Of a stretch of DNA of 57,894 nucleotides, positions 29,201 to 39,393 are shown in pieces. The DNA lies in IMG/VR virus record IMGVR_UViG_3300042196_000264; one strand, written 5' to 3'. Source of the DNA: an uncultured virus (IMG/VR IMGVR_UViG_3300042196_000264) (taxonomy: Duplodnaviria; Heunggongvirae; Uroviricota; Caudoviricetes). Position numbers and translations under genes: made by a program. How positions within the stretch are numbered: the first letter of the stretch is position 1; each line of letters opens with the position of its first letter. Below the pieces are notes generated by a model, which worked only from the letters and a program-made list of their open reading frames with translations, was not told where the DNA came from and searched no databases.

Positions 29201-29611
29201 TCACTTTCCGAATTTCCGGTGGATCCCGAAGCATGCTTGGAGGAGGTTCTCTGCGATCTTGATCCCATCGTCTTCGACGGACATGTGGAGTCTCTCGGTG
29301 CGTGAGTCGAGTCCAGTGTCGACACGGATCTCGACGTCTACACCCTCCGGAGCATCCTTCTTCGTGGCGCCGATCCGCGCCAACGCATCGCCGATGAATG
29401 GCGCGATGATGGGTTTCGCCAACGCGAACTTCCGGATCATGAACGAAGGGATCGTCTTCCTGTCGGTCTGAAAAGCCTCGCCACGGATCTCGCCTCTGAT
29501 CCACGCGGTGACCTTGGCCCCGTTCTCGAAGATGATCTGCCCCCACCCAGCGCGCGTTCTCGTTGTCACGGTCGTGGTGCTCTTGGGGACGAGGGCGATG
29601 TCTGTGCTCAT
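29201..29611 (-). CDS. Hypothetical protein
   Basis: MSTDIALVPK start overlaps the upstream stop. Confidence 0.55.
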   Translation of the reverse strand: MSTDIALVPKSTTTVTTRTRAGWGQIIFENGAKVTAWIRGEIRGEAFQTDRKTIPSFMIRKFALAKPIIAPFIGDALARIGATKKDAPEGVDVEIRVDTGLDSRTERLHMSVEDDGIKIAENLLQACFGIHRKFGK

Positions 29612-29907
29612 GGAGTGATCTTTCCTGTTGCGAGCTGGCTCAAGAACTTCTGGCTGCAGCCGTGCCGAGCGATGATGTCGGCGCGCGTTTTCGATGCGAG
29701 TTCGCGCAGGATCGCCTTCCGGTCGTACTGTCTCCGGATTGCAGATGCAGGAGACACGCCGGCGGCACGAAGCCAATCCCTGATCGTCTTCTGTGACACC
29801 CCAATCTTCGAAGAGATCTCGGGCACTGCGACGCGTGACTTCGCCATGCGCGCCGCATCTTTGCGCTGCTTCTCGGAGTAGCGTACCCCTGGGCTTTTCT
29901 TGGGCAT
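29608..29907 (-). CDS. Helix-turn-helix DNA-binding protein
   Basis: YSEKQRKDA...VPEISSKIGVSQKTIRDWL, plus a second HTH-like segment. Confidence 0.7.
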   Translation of the reverse strand: MPKKSPGVRYSEKQRKDAARMAKSRVAVPEISSKIGVSQKTIRDWLRAAGVSPASAIRRQYDRKAILRELASKTRADIIARHGCSQKFLSQLATGKITP

Positions 29908-29911
29908 AGCT

Positions 29912-31051
29912 TCAATGATGGCCTGTTCCGACGATGTCCGTCAACCACTTGTGGATCTTGAGGGTCTCCCAGTCGGCCATCGTCTCACCACGCTTGATCG
30001 CACGCCCGAGCATCTTGTCGCAACCCTCCTTCCAGAGGACGACTCGCTCCGCGGTGACAGCCTCAGACGTGGTCTCCCCTCCACCGAGTTCGCGCTCTAC
30101 GCGTATCCTCGCCGCCGTCGTGAGCAGATCGGGGATCTCCGCGACGATGTCCGAGGCGACCTGCCCCTGGACAACCTCTCCTGTCTCCGGGTCATGCGCC
30201 GGGTCCTCGTCCGGCGAGTAGAACTCCTGGGAGACGCTGTCCTGCTCCTCTTCGTCCTCGTCCGACCCGCCTGGGACGCGCACGAGGGCACGGTAGTCCG
30301 TGGCCGGTAGCTGGAGCCTGGAGCGCATCTCGGCCGCCTGGAGGGCCTTGTGTTGCAAGCCAACGATGTCGGACTCGCGCAACTCGAGGTGGCAGCATGG
30401 CACCGTCGTCTGCGTGCGCTTGCCGTTGATCATCGGATTGCAGGCCACCTGTTCAACCCTGAGCCAGAGCGGAAGTCCGCGCAGCACACCCATGATTGAA
30501 CGGATCTGCTCGAGGCTCCCCATCATGCGCTGGATCGAGATGATCGACGTGGTGCGCCAGCGGTACACGGATCCCGCAACGGCGCGTCCTGGGAGCGCGA
30601 TGCTGCAGTGCAGCGTGCCGTGAGGCTTGCATGTCGATCCAAGCTTGTCGCACGGGCATTTGACGTCGTAGGGAGCGACGGGCTCTTGGTCCTTGAACCG
30701 ACGCAGCGCCACGACCCCGTCACCCGAGCACCATAGCGACTTGCCCTCGTAGGCCGTGTAGGCCGTGGGGAACACGAGGTCGATGTCGTCCTCGTGCAGG
30801 ATGACAGGGATCGACCTGGTCTTGCCGTCGGTGTCCTTCGGCAGGGCCTTCATGACATCATCGTCGGGAACGAGGAGCTTCTCGTCGTCGCGGCGCATCG
30901 TGGTGACGACGAAGTGGTCGTACTTGACCGGCATCCGATACCAGTCCGCAGGGTTCTTCGGGTTGCCTCCCTTCTTCATGCGCTTCTCACCGAGTCCGCC
31001 GATCTTGATCTTCCCTCCCTCGGCGAGGGATGGCTTGAGCCCCTTGATCAT
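29912..31051 (-). CDS. Phage gp3-like (recombination directionality factor-like) protein
   Basis: GKIKIG..GEK...PVKYDHF, CSGDG, CPC..CKPHG.L, GSVYRWRTTS. Confidence 0.7.
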   Translation of the reverse strand: MIKGLKPSLAEGGKIKIGGLGEKRMKKGGNPKNPADWYRMPVKYDHFVVTTMRRDDEKLLVPDDDVMKALPKDTDGKTRSIPVILHEDDIDLVFPTAYTAYEGKSLWCSGDGVVALRRFKDQEPVAPYDVKCPCDKLGSTCKPHGTLHCSIALPGRAVAGSVYRWRTTSIISIQRMMGSLEQIRSIMGVLRGLPLWLRVEQVACNPMINGKRTQTTVPCCHLELRESDIVGLQHKALQAAEMRSRLQLPATDYRALVRVPGGSDEDEEEQDSVSQEFYSPDEDPAHDPETGEVVQGQVASDIVAEIPDLLTTAARIRVERELGGGETTSEAVTAERVVLWKEGCDKMLGRAIKRGETMADWETLKIHKWLTDIVGTGHH

Positions 31052-31453
31052 GTTGGTTTCCTTCAGAGCAGTCGGTGAAGCACGAGCTGCGCGAGCAGCA
31101 GCGTCGCCACCACGGCGATCGCGATGATGAACGCAAGCTCCTCGACATCTCGCTGTCGACGTGGCGGTGCGTGCACCCGATCACCTTACCGTCCCGAACG
31201 GAAAGCGTCAAGCGTGCTCCTGGAGCCAAGAAAAAACCGCTTGCGGCGTACCATCGCGGGGGGCTAGCCTCCGGCACATCGCACGAAGGGCCCGATCGGA
31301 CCGCATCGCCGTCAAGGCTGGGTTGCTGCTCTCACGGAGTGCAAACCTCCTCACCCAAGCGCTCCGCATCCTCACCATGACGTCCGATCGAAGCTGGGTG
31401 GTGAGGCCAAACGAAGACCCAGCGAACACGAGCGACTACACCGCGAGGACCAG

Positions 31454-31888
31454 ATGAATTCCGACCCACACCAAGAATCCTCCAGGATCCATCGCGAGAT
31501 CCGCCGCCGCCTCGATGAACTCTGGGGCAATCCAGATCGGCCGGAAAATTTCTCCGACTGGCCCCTCGACCAGCAACTCCTCGAGGGACTGTACAGGTCC
31601 CTGAGCAGGCTGCGGCAGCAGAACTCTCAGAACCACCACAAGTGGCAACGTGGAACCAGCCTGATGCGATCTCAGATCGACCTCGCCACCGCAGCACTGC
31701 TCGCGCACGGCGGCGCCCCAGCGCAGGAGATCCGTGCCGGTCGCGGGCTCGAGAGCGCCATCATGGCCCTGCGCTTCGAGCGGCCACGCGAAAACCGAAA
31801 GCGCAACCTCGCGCTCTGGCGGGCTGGCGGATGGGTCGGTTTTCTCACCGGCGTCGTCCTGACGCTCTTGCTCGGGGGGCTGCAATGA
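31454..31888 (+). CDS. Hypothetical protein with C-terminal TM
   Basis: ORF; first of a run of overlapping + strand genes. Confidence 0.5.
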   Translation: MNSDPHQESSRIHREIRRRLDELWGNPDRPENFSDWPLDQQLLEGLYRSLSRLRQQNSQNHHKWQRGTSLMRSQIDLATAALLAHGGAPAQEIRAGRGLESAIMALRFERPRENRKRNLALWRAGGWVGFLTGVVLTLLLGGLQ

Positions 31889-32343
31889 CCGAAGAATCCA
31901 TCATCATGGGACTGCTCTGCTTAGTCGTTGGCAGCGTCTACGCTGCTACCGTCGTCGGGAGGCGATTGCAGATCCATGGCTCGCCTCCCGTCGATCCGGA
32001 TCTTCCGAGCGCAGGAAATAGGCACACGCCAGCCGAGCCGGACGTCCCGAGCGAAGAAGAGACCCGTGCCCTAGCTGATGTCATCCGCAACAGGATGGAG
32101 GCCGGGCTCGTGCCGTGCCGATGCAGCGCGTGCTGCGGAACTGGCCTGAGCGTCCCGGGGCGTGCGAGATTCGCGTTGATCCACCTGGACGGCAACCAGA
32201 CAGACGCGGAAATGAGGTGCATCATCGTGCACTGCAACGCGTGCGGGCACGTGTCGTTCTTTCGTGATGAATATCGCGGCGGTCGCACAGTGGAGGTCCC
32301 CAAATTTTTCGCTACGGCCCCCGGGAAGGAACTCCTCCAATGA
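31885..32343 (+). CDS. Membrane-anchored Zn-ribbon protein
   Basis: MTEESIIMG TM segment; CSAC and CNACG. Confidence 0.55.
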   Translation: MTEESIIMGLLCLVVGSVYAATVVGRRLQIHGSPPVDPDLPSAGNRHTPAEPDVPSEEETRALADVIRNRMEAGLVPCRCSACCGTGLSVPGRARFALIHLDGNQTDAEMRCIIVHCNACGHVSFFRDEYRGGRTVEVPKFFATAPGKELLQ

Positions 32344-32705
32344 AGGGCTTCTTCATTGGCCTGCAGTCCGTGCTGCTCGTGGGGGCTACAGCTGCCCTCG
32401 TGTACATGCGCCTCCAGCTCGACGCGGAGCGGCGGTGGAACGGCGAGGTCTCCAAGTACACGCATGAGATCGATGTACGCTGGCACGCTTGCGAGGACGC
32501 GCTTGACAACCACAAGTCGTTCGTGAGTGAGACCGAGGACGCATACTGGAGCGTCGTGGATGGCCTCGTGACATGCGAGATGCGCTTCACATCCCCGTAC
32601 GGGCCCTGGCCCTACGAAGATGACGCCAGCCTCGTAGATGGACTCGCGGACTGTGAGCGCGATGGGCAATGCTCCTGCGGGCCAAGCGAAGAGGATGTGC
32701 CGTGA
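32340..32705 (+). CDS. Hypothetical protein with N-terminal TM
   Basis: ATGA overlap with the previous gene. Confidence 0.5.
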   Translation: MKGFFIGLQSVLLVGATAALVYMRLQLDAERRWNGEVSKYTHEIDVRWHACEDALDNHKSFVSETEDAYWSVVDGLVTCEMRFTSPYGPWPYEDDASLVDGLADCERDGQCSCGPSEEDVP

Positions 32706-32880
32706 CCATGTGCAAGTGCGTCGTGTGTGGCCTGCGCCCCGTTGAGGGGGTGGTTATGTGCAGCCGATGCTCGTCATCCTTCGAACGCAGCAAGCGAAAA
32801 GACGACGGCTCCATCGCTGCCGTCATCGAATGGGCCGCCACGCGCGCGCGAAGGCTCGAGCGGCGGAAATGGAGGAAACC

Positions 32881-33264
32881 ATGACAACACCGCCATCAAG
32901 ACCGCTCAAGGCCTACATCGCAGGTCCATTCACCGATCACACCGCCTGGGGGGTCGAGCAGAACATCCGCGCCGCCGAGAGACTCGCGCTGCACCTGGCA
33001 GAGGCCGGGCACCATCCGTTCTGCCCGCACACCCAGGGGCGCTACTACTCCGGTGAGCTTCCAGAGCAGTTCTGGCTCGACTGGGGGCTCGCGTGGCTCC
33101 GCGCGTGTGACGTGCTCGTACTCGTGACGAACAGCTACGAGTACAGCCGTGGTACCAAGGCCGAGGTCAAACTCGCCGAGGAGTTGAAGATCCCCATCCT
33201 TCGTCCGCTGGGAGAGTGGGACGTCCGAGGTCTTCGGAGTGCGCTTGGTGATCCAGTCGGATAG
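32881..33264 (+). CDS. DUF1937/DUF4406-like nucleoside deoxyribosyltransferase-fold protein
   Basis: AYIAGPFT, PFCPH, WLRACD, SRGT.AE. Confidence 0.75.
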   Translation: MTTPPSRPLKAYIAGPFTDHTAWGVEQNIRAAERLALHLAEAGHHPFCPHTQGRYYSGELPEQFWLDWGLAWLRACDVLVLVTNSYEYSRGTKAEVKLAEELKIPILRPLGEWDVRGLRSALGDPVG

Positions 33265-33528
33265 ACGTTGCCAAGGTACTAGAGCCAATGGACGACAAGA
33301 TCCTTCTTCCGTGCATCGGAGGGTGTGGGATGCGTGTGCGCGATGACATTCACATCATCACGTTCTTCGCTTGCTCCATGAAGATGCTTCTCGCTCGGCT
33401 CGGAGGCGTCCGCGGGATCCAAATCGCGATCTCGCGCGCTCATGAATTTCGATCTGGATCTTGATCACGGGCGAGCGACGTGACATGTTTGCGTCCGGCT
33501 CGATGAGCCGAGGAGAAATCACACCGCC

Positions 33529-34038
33529 ATGGCAAAGAAAAAAGCACCCCCAAAAGCCGAGAAGACCGAGAAGCCAGAGAAGAAGACCGGGAAGAAGAGA
33601 CCGAAGCGATCGCGTGGCGAACTGCTGCTCGGGAAACTGAACAAGATGAAGGACACGACCGACAAGATCCACACGCGGATGTCGTCGTGGCCAGATGATC
33701 CGTCTCACAGCGTGTCCACACTCGTCGCATCGCTCGCAGAGATCTCGGAGGACATCGCAGCTGCACTGGAAGCTGCTGCGGACCTCCCGGATGGATGGCC
33801 TCCGAAGAACGCCCAGATCGAGATCAACTTCCCCGTCGTACTGAAGCCGAACAAGTACGAGAAGTACGCAGAGATGTTCGACAAGCCCGCGGAAGCAGCG
33901 TTCATCGTCGTGAACATCCATGAGCGCCAGGTGCTCGTGCGCGACGTCAAGAGCGGAGCCAAGCACCGGATCCCACGTGGCGACCTCCTCGTCTCCGGAA
34001 ACACCGCCGCATCTGACGCCGAGGACGAGGACGACTAG
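33529..34038 (+). CDS. Hypothetical protein with Lys-rich N-terminus
   Basis: GAGGAG upstream; normal codon usage. Confidence 0.65.
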   Translation: MAKKKAPPKAEKTEKPEKKTGKKRPKRSRGELLLGKLNKMKDTTDKIHTRMSSWPDDPSHSVSTLVASLAEISEDIAAALEAAADLPDGWPPKNAQIEINFPVVLKPNKYEKYAEMFDKPAEAAFIVVNIHERQVLVRDVKSGAKHRIPRGDLLVSGNTAASDAEDEDD

Positions 34039-34049
34039 TGCCTCGGCTC

Positions 34050-34232
34050 ACTTGTGACCACAACATGTAGTGGTCGCAAGTCCTGGACCACAAGGGCCGG
34101 CGCCGCGAGGATCAGGATCCTTGATCCTCGCGGTGCCGAAGCGTAGCCTCCCTGGTTCCCGGACGAGGGGCAGCCTCGCCGGGGACCGTCCTCTGGGGGC
34201 ACCGGGCATGGGGTGCCTGGTGCCCCCAGAGG
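34050..34232 (+). ncRNA. Putative structured RNA/leader: four consecutive hairpins upstream of the helicase
   Basis: Stems at 34050-34081, 34098-34138, 34154-34187 and 34190-34232; non-Watson-Crick pairs in the stems are G.U on the + strand. Confidence 0.5.
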
Positions 34233-34267
34233 GCCTCCTCTTCGCTGCCACAGCTTGTGTACCCCCC

Positions 34268-35893
34268 ATGACAGGCTTCGAGCTCCGTCCCTCGTCCCTC
34301 ATCCTCCGCCCTTACCAAGCCCATGCGATCGAGTCCTGCCTAGCTGCCCTGCGCACCCACCGAACGGTCCTAGTGGACATGTTCACGGGTGGCGGCAAGA
34401 CCTCATGCTTCGCATCACTCGTGCGCCTCGGAGTCGAGAACGGGCGGAAGATCCTGATCCTTGTCGACGGAGACGAACTCGTGGACCAGGTACGCGAGCG
34501 GCTCTTCGAGCAAGTGGGGATCTCCCCTGCGCTCGAAAAAGCTACGAAGAGAGCGGAGTCATGGTCTCCGTGCGTGATCGGAAGCGTGAAGTCCATGACG
34601 AAAGAGTCGCGTCGCTCCAGGTGGGGCCGCGACGCGTTCAACCTCATCATCTGCGACGAGGCACATCACGCCGTCGCGGAGTCGTGGAAAACGATCCTGG
34701 ACTACTTCGTCACCGCCAAGGTTGTCGGGTTCACCGCTACGGCCACCCGGCGAGACAAGCGCGAGTTGAGCGAGGTCTTCGAGCACACGTGTTTTCGCAT
34801 GGACGTGCTCGATGGGATCCTCGAGGGATGGGTGGTTCCTCCTCGCCCGGTGCCGATCCGGGTCGATGGGCTCGACATCTCGAAGATCCGGACGATCGCC
34901 GGCGAGCTCGAGAAGGAGTCCCTGGACGCTGTCGTGCGCAACGTCGATGTGCTGCAGAAGATGGCGGAACCCACGTTCGAGTGCGTTGGGAGCCGCCAGG
35001 CAATCGTCTTCTGCTGCAGCGTAGCCCATGCTCACGCGTTCGCGGCGCTCTTGCGACAGCTTGGCGCGACGGCAGACGCGGTCGACGCGACGACGCCGAA
35101 GGCGGTCCGCAAGCCGATCATCGAAAAGTTCAGGAGCGGTGAACTCCAGTACCTCTGCAACTACAGCATCGTCAATGAGGGCTTCGACGTCCCGAACGCC
35201 CAGGCGATCGTCATGGCCACCTTGACGAAGAGTAGGCAGACGTACATCCAGCGTGTAGGTCGAGGCCTGCGCCCGGAGCCGCAGATCGCCAAGCTCCCCA
35301 CCGCAGACGAACGCATCGCAGCGATCAAGGCCAGCTCGAAGCCAGAGGCTCTCGTGCTCGACTTCCTCGGCAACTCCGGGCGCCACAAGCTGGTCACCCT
35401 CGCACGCGCAATCTTTCCGAAGATCTCAGATGAGGTGCTCGCGAAGGTCGAGTCTCCAGAGGTAGCGGCCAAGCAGCTTCCGCTCATCGAGGCGGTCGAC
35501 ATGGCGTCATGGATGGTCGACGAGGCGTCATCGCGCGAGCGCAAGGGTGTCACCTACCACACGATGGAGGCTGACATCTACGGCAACGACGCCGCGGGCG
35601 TGATGATGTTCTTGGGGATCAAGAGGAGAGGCAACAACAAACTCTTCAGCACTCCTCTCTCCGAGGCCAAGTTGGCAGCACTCCATCGGCTCAAGATCCC
35701 GAACGCCAGTCAGTACAACGACGAGGAGGCCTCGGAGATCCTGCGAGAGGTCTACCGGCGGAAGAAGAAGAACCTATGCACCGTTCCGCAGGGGCTGCTG
35801 CTTCGCAAGCTCGGCTACACCGAGGATGAGATCCGTCCTCTCAAGATCGGTGCAGCGTCGGCGATCCTCGACGACAGACTGATCGGCAGCTGA
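34268..35893 (+). CDS. SF2 DEAH-box helicase
   Basis: LRPYQ, TGGGKT, DEAHH, TATA, EGFDVP, QRVGRGLR. Confidence 0.93.
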   Translation: MTGFELRPSSLILRPYQAHAIESCLAALRTHRTVLVDMFTGGGKTSCFASLVRLGVENGRKILILVDGDELVDQVRERLFEQVGISPALEKATKRAESWSPCVIGSVKSMTKESRRSRWGRDAFNLIICDEAHHAVAESWKTILDYFVTAKVVGFTATATRRDKRELSEVFEHTCFRMDVLDGILEGWVVPPRPVPIRVDGLDISKIRTIAGELEKESLDAVVRNVDVLQKMAEPTFECVGSRQAIVFCCSVAHAHAFAALLRQLGATADAVDATTPKAVRKPIIEKFRSGELQYLCNYSIVNEGFDVPNAQAIVMATLTKSRQTYIQRVGRGLRPEPQIAKLPTADERIAAIKASSKPEALVLDFLGNSGRHKLVTLARAIFPKISDEVLAKVESPEVAAKQLPLIEAVDMASWMVDEASSRERKGVTYHTMEADIYGNDAAGVMMFLGIKRRGNNKLFSTPLSEAKLAALHRLKIPNASQYNDEEASEILREVYRRKKKNLCTVPQGLLLRKLGYTEDEIRPLKIGAASAILDDRLIGS

Positions 35894-35894
35894 G

Positions 35895-38636
35895 ATGGGG
35901 GACGCGAAGCTCGAGTCCAGGAAGAAAGAGATCGCTAGGTACCTCGCGTGCCTCGATCCGAAGGCCGATGCCTTCTCCTTCCAGACGTTCGACGACACGA
36001 AAAAAGACGACACGCTCACGCGGCAGTTTCACGGGCCGTTCGACGAAGACCGCTTCTACGAGTTCTACGGCTTGACCCTACGCTCAGCCGGGATCCACGT
36101 CGTCGTCAATCGCACCGACTTCCAGGGGCTGGCGAACAAGAACATCCTGGGCTGCAGGGCGATCTTCCTCGATTTCGATGAGGGCGAGCCGCCCGGAGAA
36201 CTCCTCGCCGCGCTCTCGCCGACGATGCAGGTGCGGAGCCGCAGAGGTCCGCACCTCTACTGGTGTCTATCGGAAGAGGCCTCGGTCGAGGACTGGCAGG
36301 CCGCCATGGCCGCCGTGCTGGCGCGCTGGGGCGCAGACCCCTCCTCCGGGCGCACTGGCGCCGACCCTCACGGTCAGGTGCTCACCGGCGACCGCAAGAA
36401 GCCCGCCAAGGTGCCCCCGTGCCAGAAGATGCGGATCCCAGGCTTCGACAACTCGAAGAAGAAGCCTGGACTTCACGTTAAGCTTGAATACGCTTATCCA
36501 GAGCGCCGGTACACGCTCGCCCAGATCGTCGAGGCCCTCGGGGCCGATGCCCCTAAGCGCGCACCCGTGCCCATGCGCGCTGGGCCATCCAAGGACCATC
36601 CGCTTGCTGAGCGCATCGAGCGGGCGCGACGCTACCTCGAGGCCGTCGCCGGCGCCGCCGAGGGCGGCCGCAACAACCACGTCGTCGGCAACGCGGCTCC
36701 GATCGGTGGCGACTTCGGCCTAACAGAGCAGGAGTTCTGGCCGATCCTGCGCGACTGGAACACCCGCAAGAACACACCACCGCTCGAGGAGAAGGAACTC
36801 GCGGCCATCCTGACCGCTTCCTACGGATATAGGACATCTCCACTTGGTTGTCGCCTCGACGAGCACTCGCAGTCCTACACGCGCAAAACGGAAGCTCACA
36901 GGCAAGACGAGGAGTCCAGCTGGGAGAGCCTCATCAACGAGGTGGACAAGGTCGCCGAGGACATACCAGAGGTCGATGCGACCCTGGAACATCAGCCAGA
37001 CTTCCAGGTACACGGAGATGGGCTCATGCCAACGAAGGCAGCCCCAGAGCCAGCACGGGCATGGCTGTACGGCCCGGAGAGGCCAGACCTTCCGGATGAG
37101 GAATACGAAGTCGATGAGACCGAGGTTGAAGAGATCTGTGATGAGGAGATCTCTCCGTTCATCTCGAAGCCTGGCCCCGACAAGTTCGCGATGAGCGAGT
37201 TCGGCAACATGATGCGGTTCCTCAGCAAGCACGGCACCAACGTGCGCTTCTGCGAGACGATGGGGTGCTGGCTCTACTGGGATGGGAAGCGCTGGGTCGA
37301 GGACCGCGATGCCCTCGAGGGCGAGGCCTACCGGGCGACAGGCGCAGTACGATCGATGGCGGACACGTTCTTCAACAACCTGCAGAACAAGGTCACGCTG
37401 CTGCCGCTCGAGGAGCAGCAGGACTGGCGGGACTTCTGCTTGCGCAGCGTGACCGAAACACAGGTGTCCGCTGCGCTCGCGAAGGCTGGGAGGCGACGGA
37501 GGATCGCGATAGCGCCGTCTCTGCTCGACCGGCACCACCACATTTTGAACACGGCGATGGGCCCGTTCGACTTGAAGCGCGGCGTGTTGATGACGCCGCA
37601 GCGTCGGCTCTACCTGAGCAAGATCACCCAGGTGTCATGCGGTCAGTTCGACGACTGCCCAGCGTGGTTCAATTTCCTCTGCAGGATCTTCCGGAAACCA
37701 GATGGAACCGTCGACCTCGAGCTCATCTATTTCCTGCAGAAGGCCATCGGCTACAGCCTCACCGGTGAGACCGGTGAGCAGTGCCTGTTCTTGATGTATG
37801 GCACCGGTGCCAACGGCAAAACAACCTTCCTGAACGCGATCCTGGACATCATGGGCGAGTACGGCATGCAGTCCGACTTCTCGACCTTCCAGGAACAGCA
37901 GGGCGAGCGCGTGCGCAGCGACCTCGCGCGCCTGCACCGAGCTCGTTTCGTGGCCGCCAACGAGCCCAAGCAAGGCAAGCGGCTCGACGAGGCCACGATC
38001 AAGGGCCTCACTGGGCAAGACAAGATCGTCTGCCGCTTCCTGTTCAAGAACGAGTTCACCTACGTACCTACCTTCAAGGTGTGGCTCTCGAGCAACCACA
38101 AACCGGAGATCCGCGGAACCGACGAGGGGATCTGGCGTCGGCTCATGCTGATACCCTTCACGTCGTTCATCGCTCCGGAAGAGCGGGACCCTGAGTTGCC
38201 CGAGAAGCTCAAGCGGGAGAGGTCCGGGATACTTCGATGGGCGATGGAGGGCTCAAGACACTGGTACGAAGAGGGGCTGAAGCCACCCGCAGTCGTGCAG
38301 GAAGCCACGAAGGGCTACCGCGAAGAGATGGACATCCTCGGCAACTTCCTCGCGGCACGCTGTCTGCTCAAGGATGACGCCGTCACGCGCTCGCGTGTGC
38401 TCTACACCGCGTACAAGCGGTGGGCCGGTGAAGCCAACGTCTACGTGATGTCGGAACCCCGTTTCAGCCGCCAGATCAAAGACCGCGGATTCCGGATCCG
38501 GTCGATGAGCCACGGCAACGAATTCTGCGGCGTCGGGCTCCTCGAGGACCCCGACAAGGCTACGCATGGCGGTGACGCTAGGTCTGGCGACCACGAGCGC
38601 GGCCGGGAGCGCGAGTGGTCCAGGGACCGGGACTGA
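35895..38636 (+). CDS. Primase-helicase (AEP/RepB-like N-terminus, PriCT, D5/P4-family SF3 helicase)
   Basis: IFLDFD, GPHLYW, MRIPGF, EGGRN, YWDGKRW, GTGANGKTT, IKGLTGQD, NHKP, GIWRR. Confidence 0.93.
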   Translation: MGDAKLESRKKEIARYLACLDPKADAFSFQTFDDTKKDDTLTRQFHGPFDEDRFYEFYGLTLRSAGIHVVVNRTDFQGLANKNILGCRAIFLDFDEGEPPGELLAALSPTMQVRSRRGPHLYWCLSEEASVEDWQAAMAAVLARWGADPSSGRTGADPHGQVLTGDRKKPAKVPPCQKMRIPGFDNSKKKPGLHVKLEYAYPERRYTLAQIVEALGADAPKRAPVPMRAGPSKDHPLAERIERARRYLEAVAGAAEGGRNNHVVGNAAPIGGDFGLTEQEFWPILRDWNTRKNTPPLEEKELAAILTASYGYRTSPLGCRLDEHSQSYTRKTEAHRQDEESSWESLINEVDKVAEDIPEVDATLEHQPDFQVHGDGLMPTKAAPEPARAWLYGPERPDLPDEEYEVDETEVEEICDEEISPFISKPGPDKFAMSEFGNMMRFLSKHGTNVRFCETMGCWLYWDGKRWVEDRDALEGEAYRATGAVRSMADTFFNNLQNKVTLLPLEEQQDWRDFCLRSVTETQVSAALAKAGRRRRIAIAPSLLDRHHHILNTAMGPFDLKRGVLMTPQRRLYLSKITQVSCGQFDDCPAWFNFLCRIFRKPDGTVDLELIYFLQKAIGYSLTGETGEQCLFLMYGTGANGKTTFLNAILDIMGEYGMQSDFSTFQEQQGERVRSDLARLHRARFVAANEPKQGKRLDEATIKGLTGQDKIVCRFLFKNEFTYVPTFKVWLSSNHKPEIRGTDEGIWRRLMLIPFTSFIAPEERDPELPEKLKRERSGILRWAMEGSRHWYEEGLKPPAVVQEATKGYREEMDILGNFLAARCLLKDDAVTRSRVLYTAYKRWAGEANVYVMSEPRFSRQIKDRGFRIRSMSHGNEFCGVGLLEDPDKATHGGDARSGDHERGREREWSRDRD

Positions 38637-38720
38637 CCTCCCGTCCCCCGGAGGACCCCTATAGGAGGATCGGCTTTGCACCAGGAGTTCCCTGTCCCGG
38701 GTCCCCGGGGGAAAAAAACG

Positions 38721-38764
38721 GGCCGGTGAATATCCCGGCCGGGGACCCCGTCTGAACCTGCATG
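38721..38764 (+). promoter_or_regulatory. ECF-like promoter cassette, copy 1 (44 bp identical to 39312-39355)
   Basis: TGAATA-N16-CGTCTGA-N6-ATG. Confidence 0.7.
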
Positions 38765-39274
38765 ACCGCCACCACCACCGAGACCACCACCATGACCACC
38801 TGCAGCAACCTCGCTGCCTCCCAGGCCCACCCTGCGGGCCTGGACGACGCCCTGGCGGCGATCGGGACCACCGACGTCGACTCCCTGCCGACGGTGAGGA
38901 TCCGGGCCGCCTACCGAGACCTCTCGTGCTCGGGGTCTGGTCCCGAGTGCTACCGCCGCGTGCGGTACCCGCACGCGGCGTCGGGGACCGAGTGGCCCGA
39001 TTCCGAGCGACTGCCCGCCTGCGACGGACGCGCGGGAACGCGCCGGGCGTCCGTCCGCTGCGAGGTCCCAATCGGGACGATCGTGGTCGACTTCGAGCGC
39101 CAGGTCTACAAGGGCAAGCGGGGGCGCTGTTCGGTCACGATCGGGATCGCGTACGCCGACGCCGATGGCGACGGGAAGGTCCATTGGATCCAGCACCGCA
39201 CCCTCCGATCGAAGCCGGTCTACGAGGTCACCCTCCCCTACGGCCTCAAGATCGAGATCGAGCGGAGGGACTAG
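38762..39274 (+). CDS. Hypothetical protein (possibly leaderless)
   Basis: ATG lies 6 nt after the promoter -10 motif. Confidence 0.6.
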   Translation: MTATTTETTTMTTCSNLAASQAHPAGLDDALAAIGTTDVDSLPTVRIRAAYRDLSCSGSGPECYRRVRYPHAASGTEWPDSERLPACDGRAGTRRASVRCEVPIGTIVVDFERQVYKGKRGRCSVTIGIAYADADGDGKVHWIQHRTLRSKPVYEVTLPYGLKIEIERRD

Positions 39275-39311
39275 TCCCAGGGGCGTTTCCACCCCTGGAG
39301 ATTCCTGCCCC

Positions 39312-39355
39312 GGCCGGTGAATATCCCGGCCGGGGACCCCGTCTGAACCTGCATG
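39312..39355 (+). promoter_or_regulatory. ECF-like promoter cassette, copy 2
   Basis: Identical 44-bp direct repeat of 38721-38764. Confidence 0.7.
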
Positions 39356-39393
39356 GCCGACACCACGGCCCCAGTGCCCGCAAGGAGAACACC

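Noticed and set aside
27921..29546. 541-aa minus-strand ORF
   Set aside because: The N-terminal two-thirds overlaps better genes in other frames; only the part from MKRTN (~28466) looks coding.
29608..29907. HTH resembling IS3-family OrfA
   Set aside because: No adjacent DDE transposase or terminal inverted repeats.
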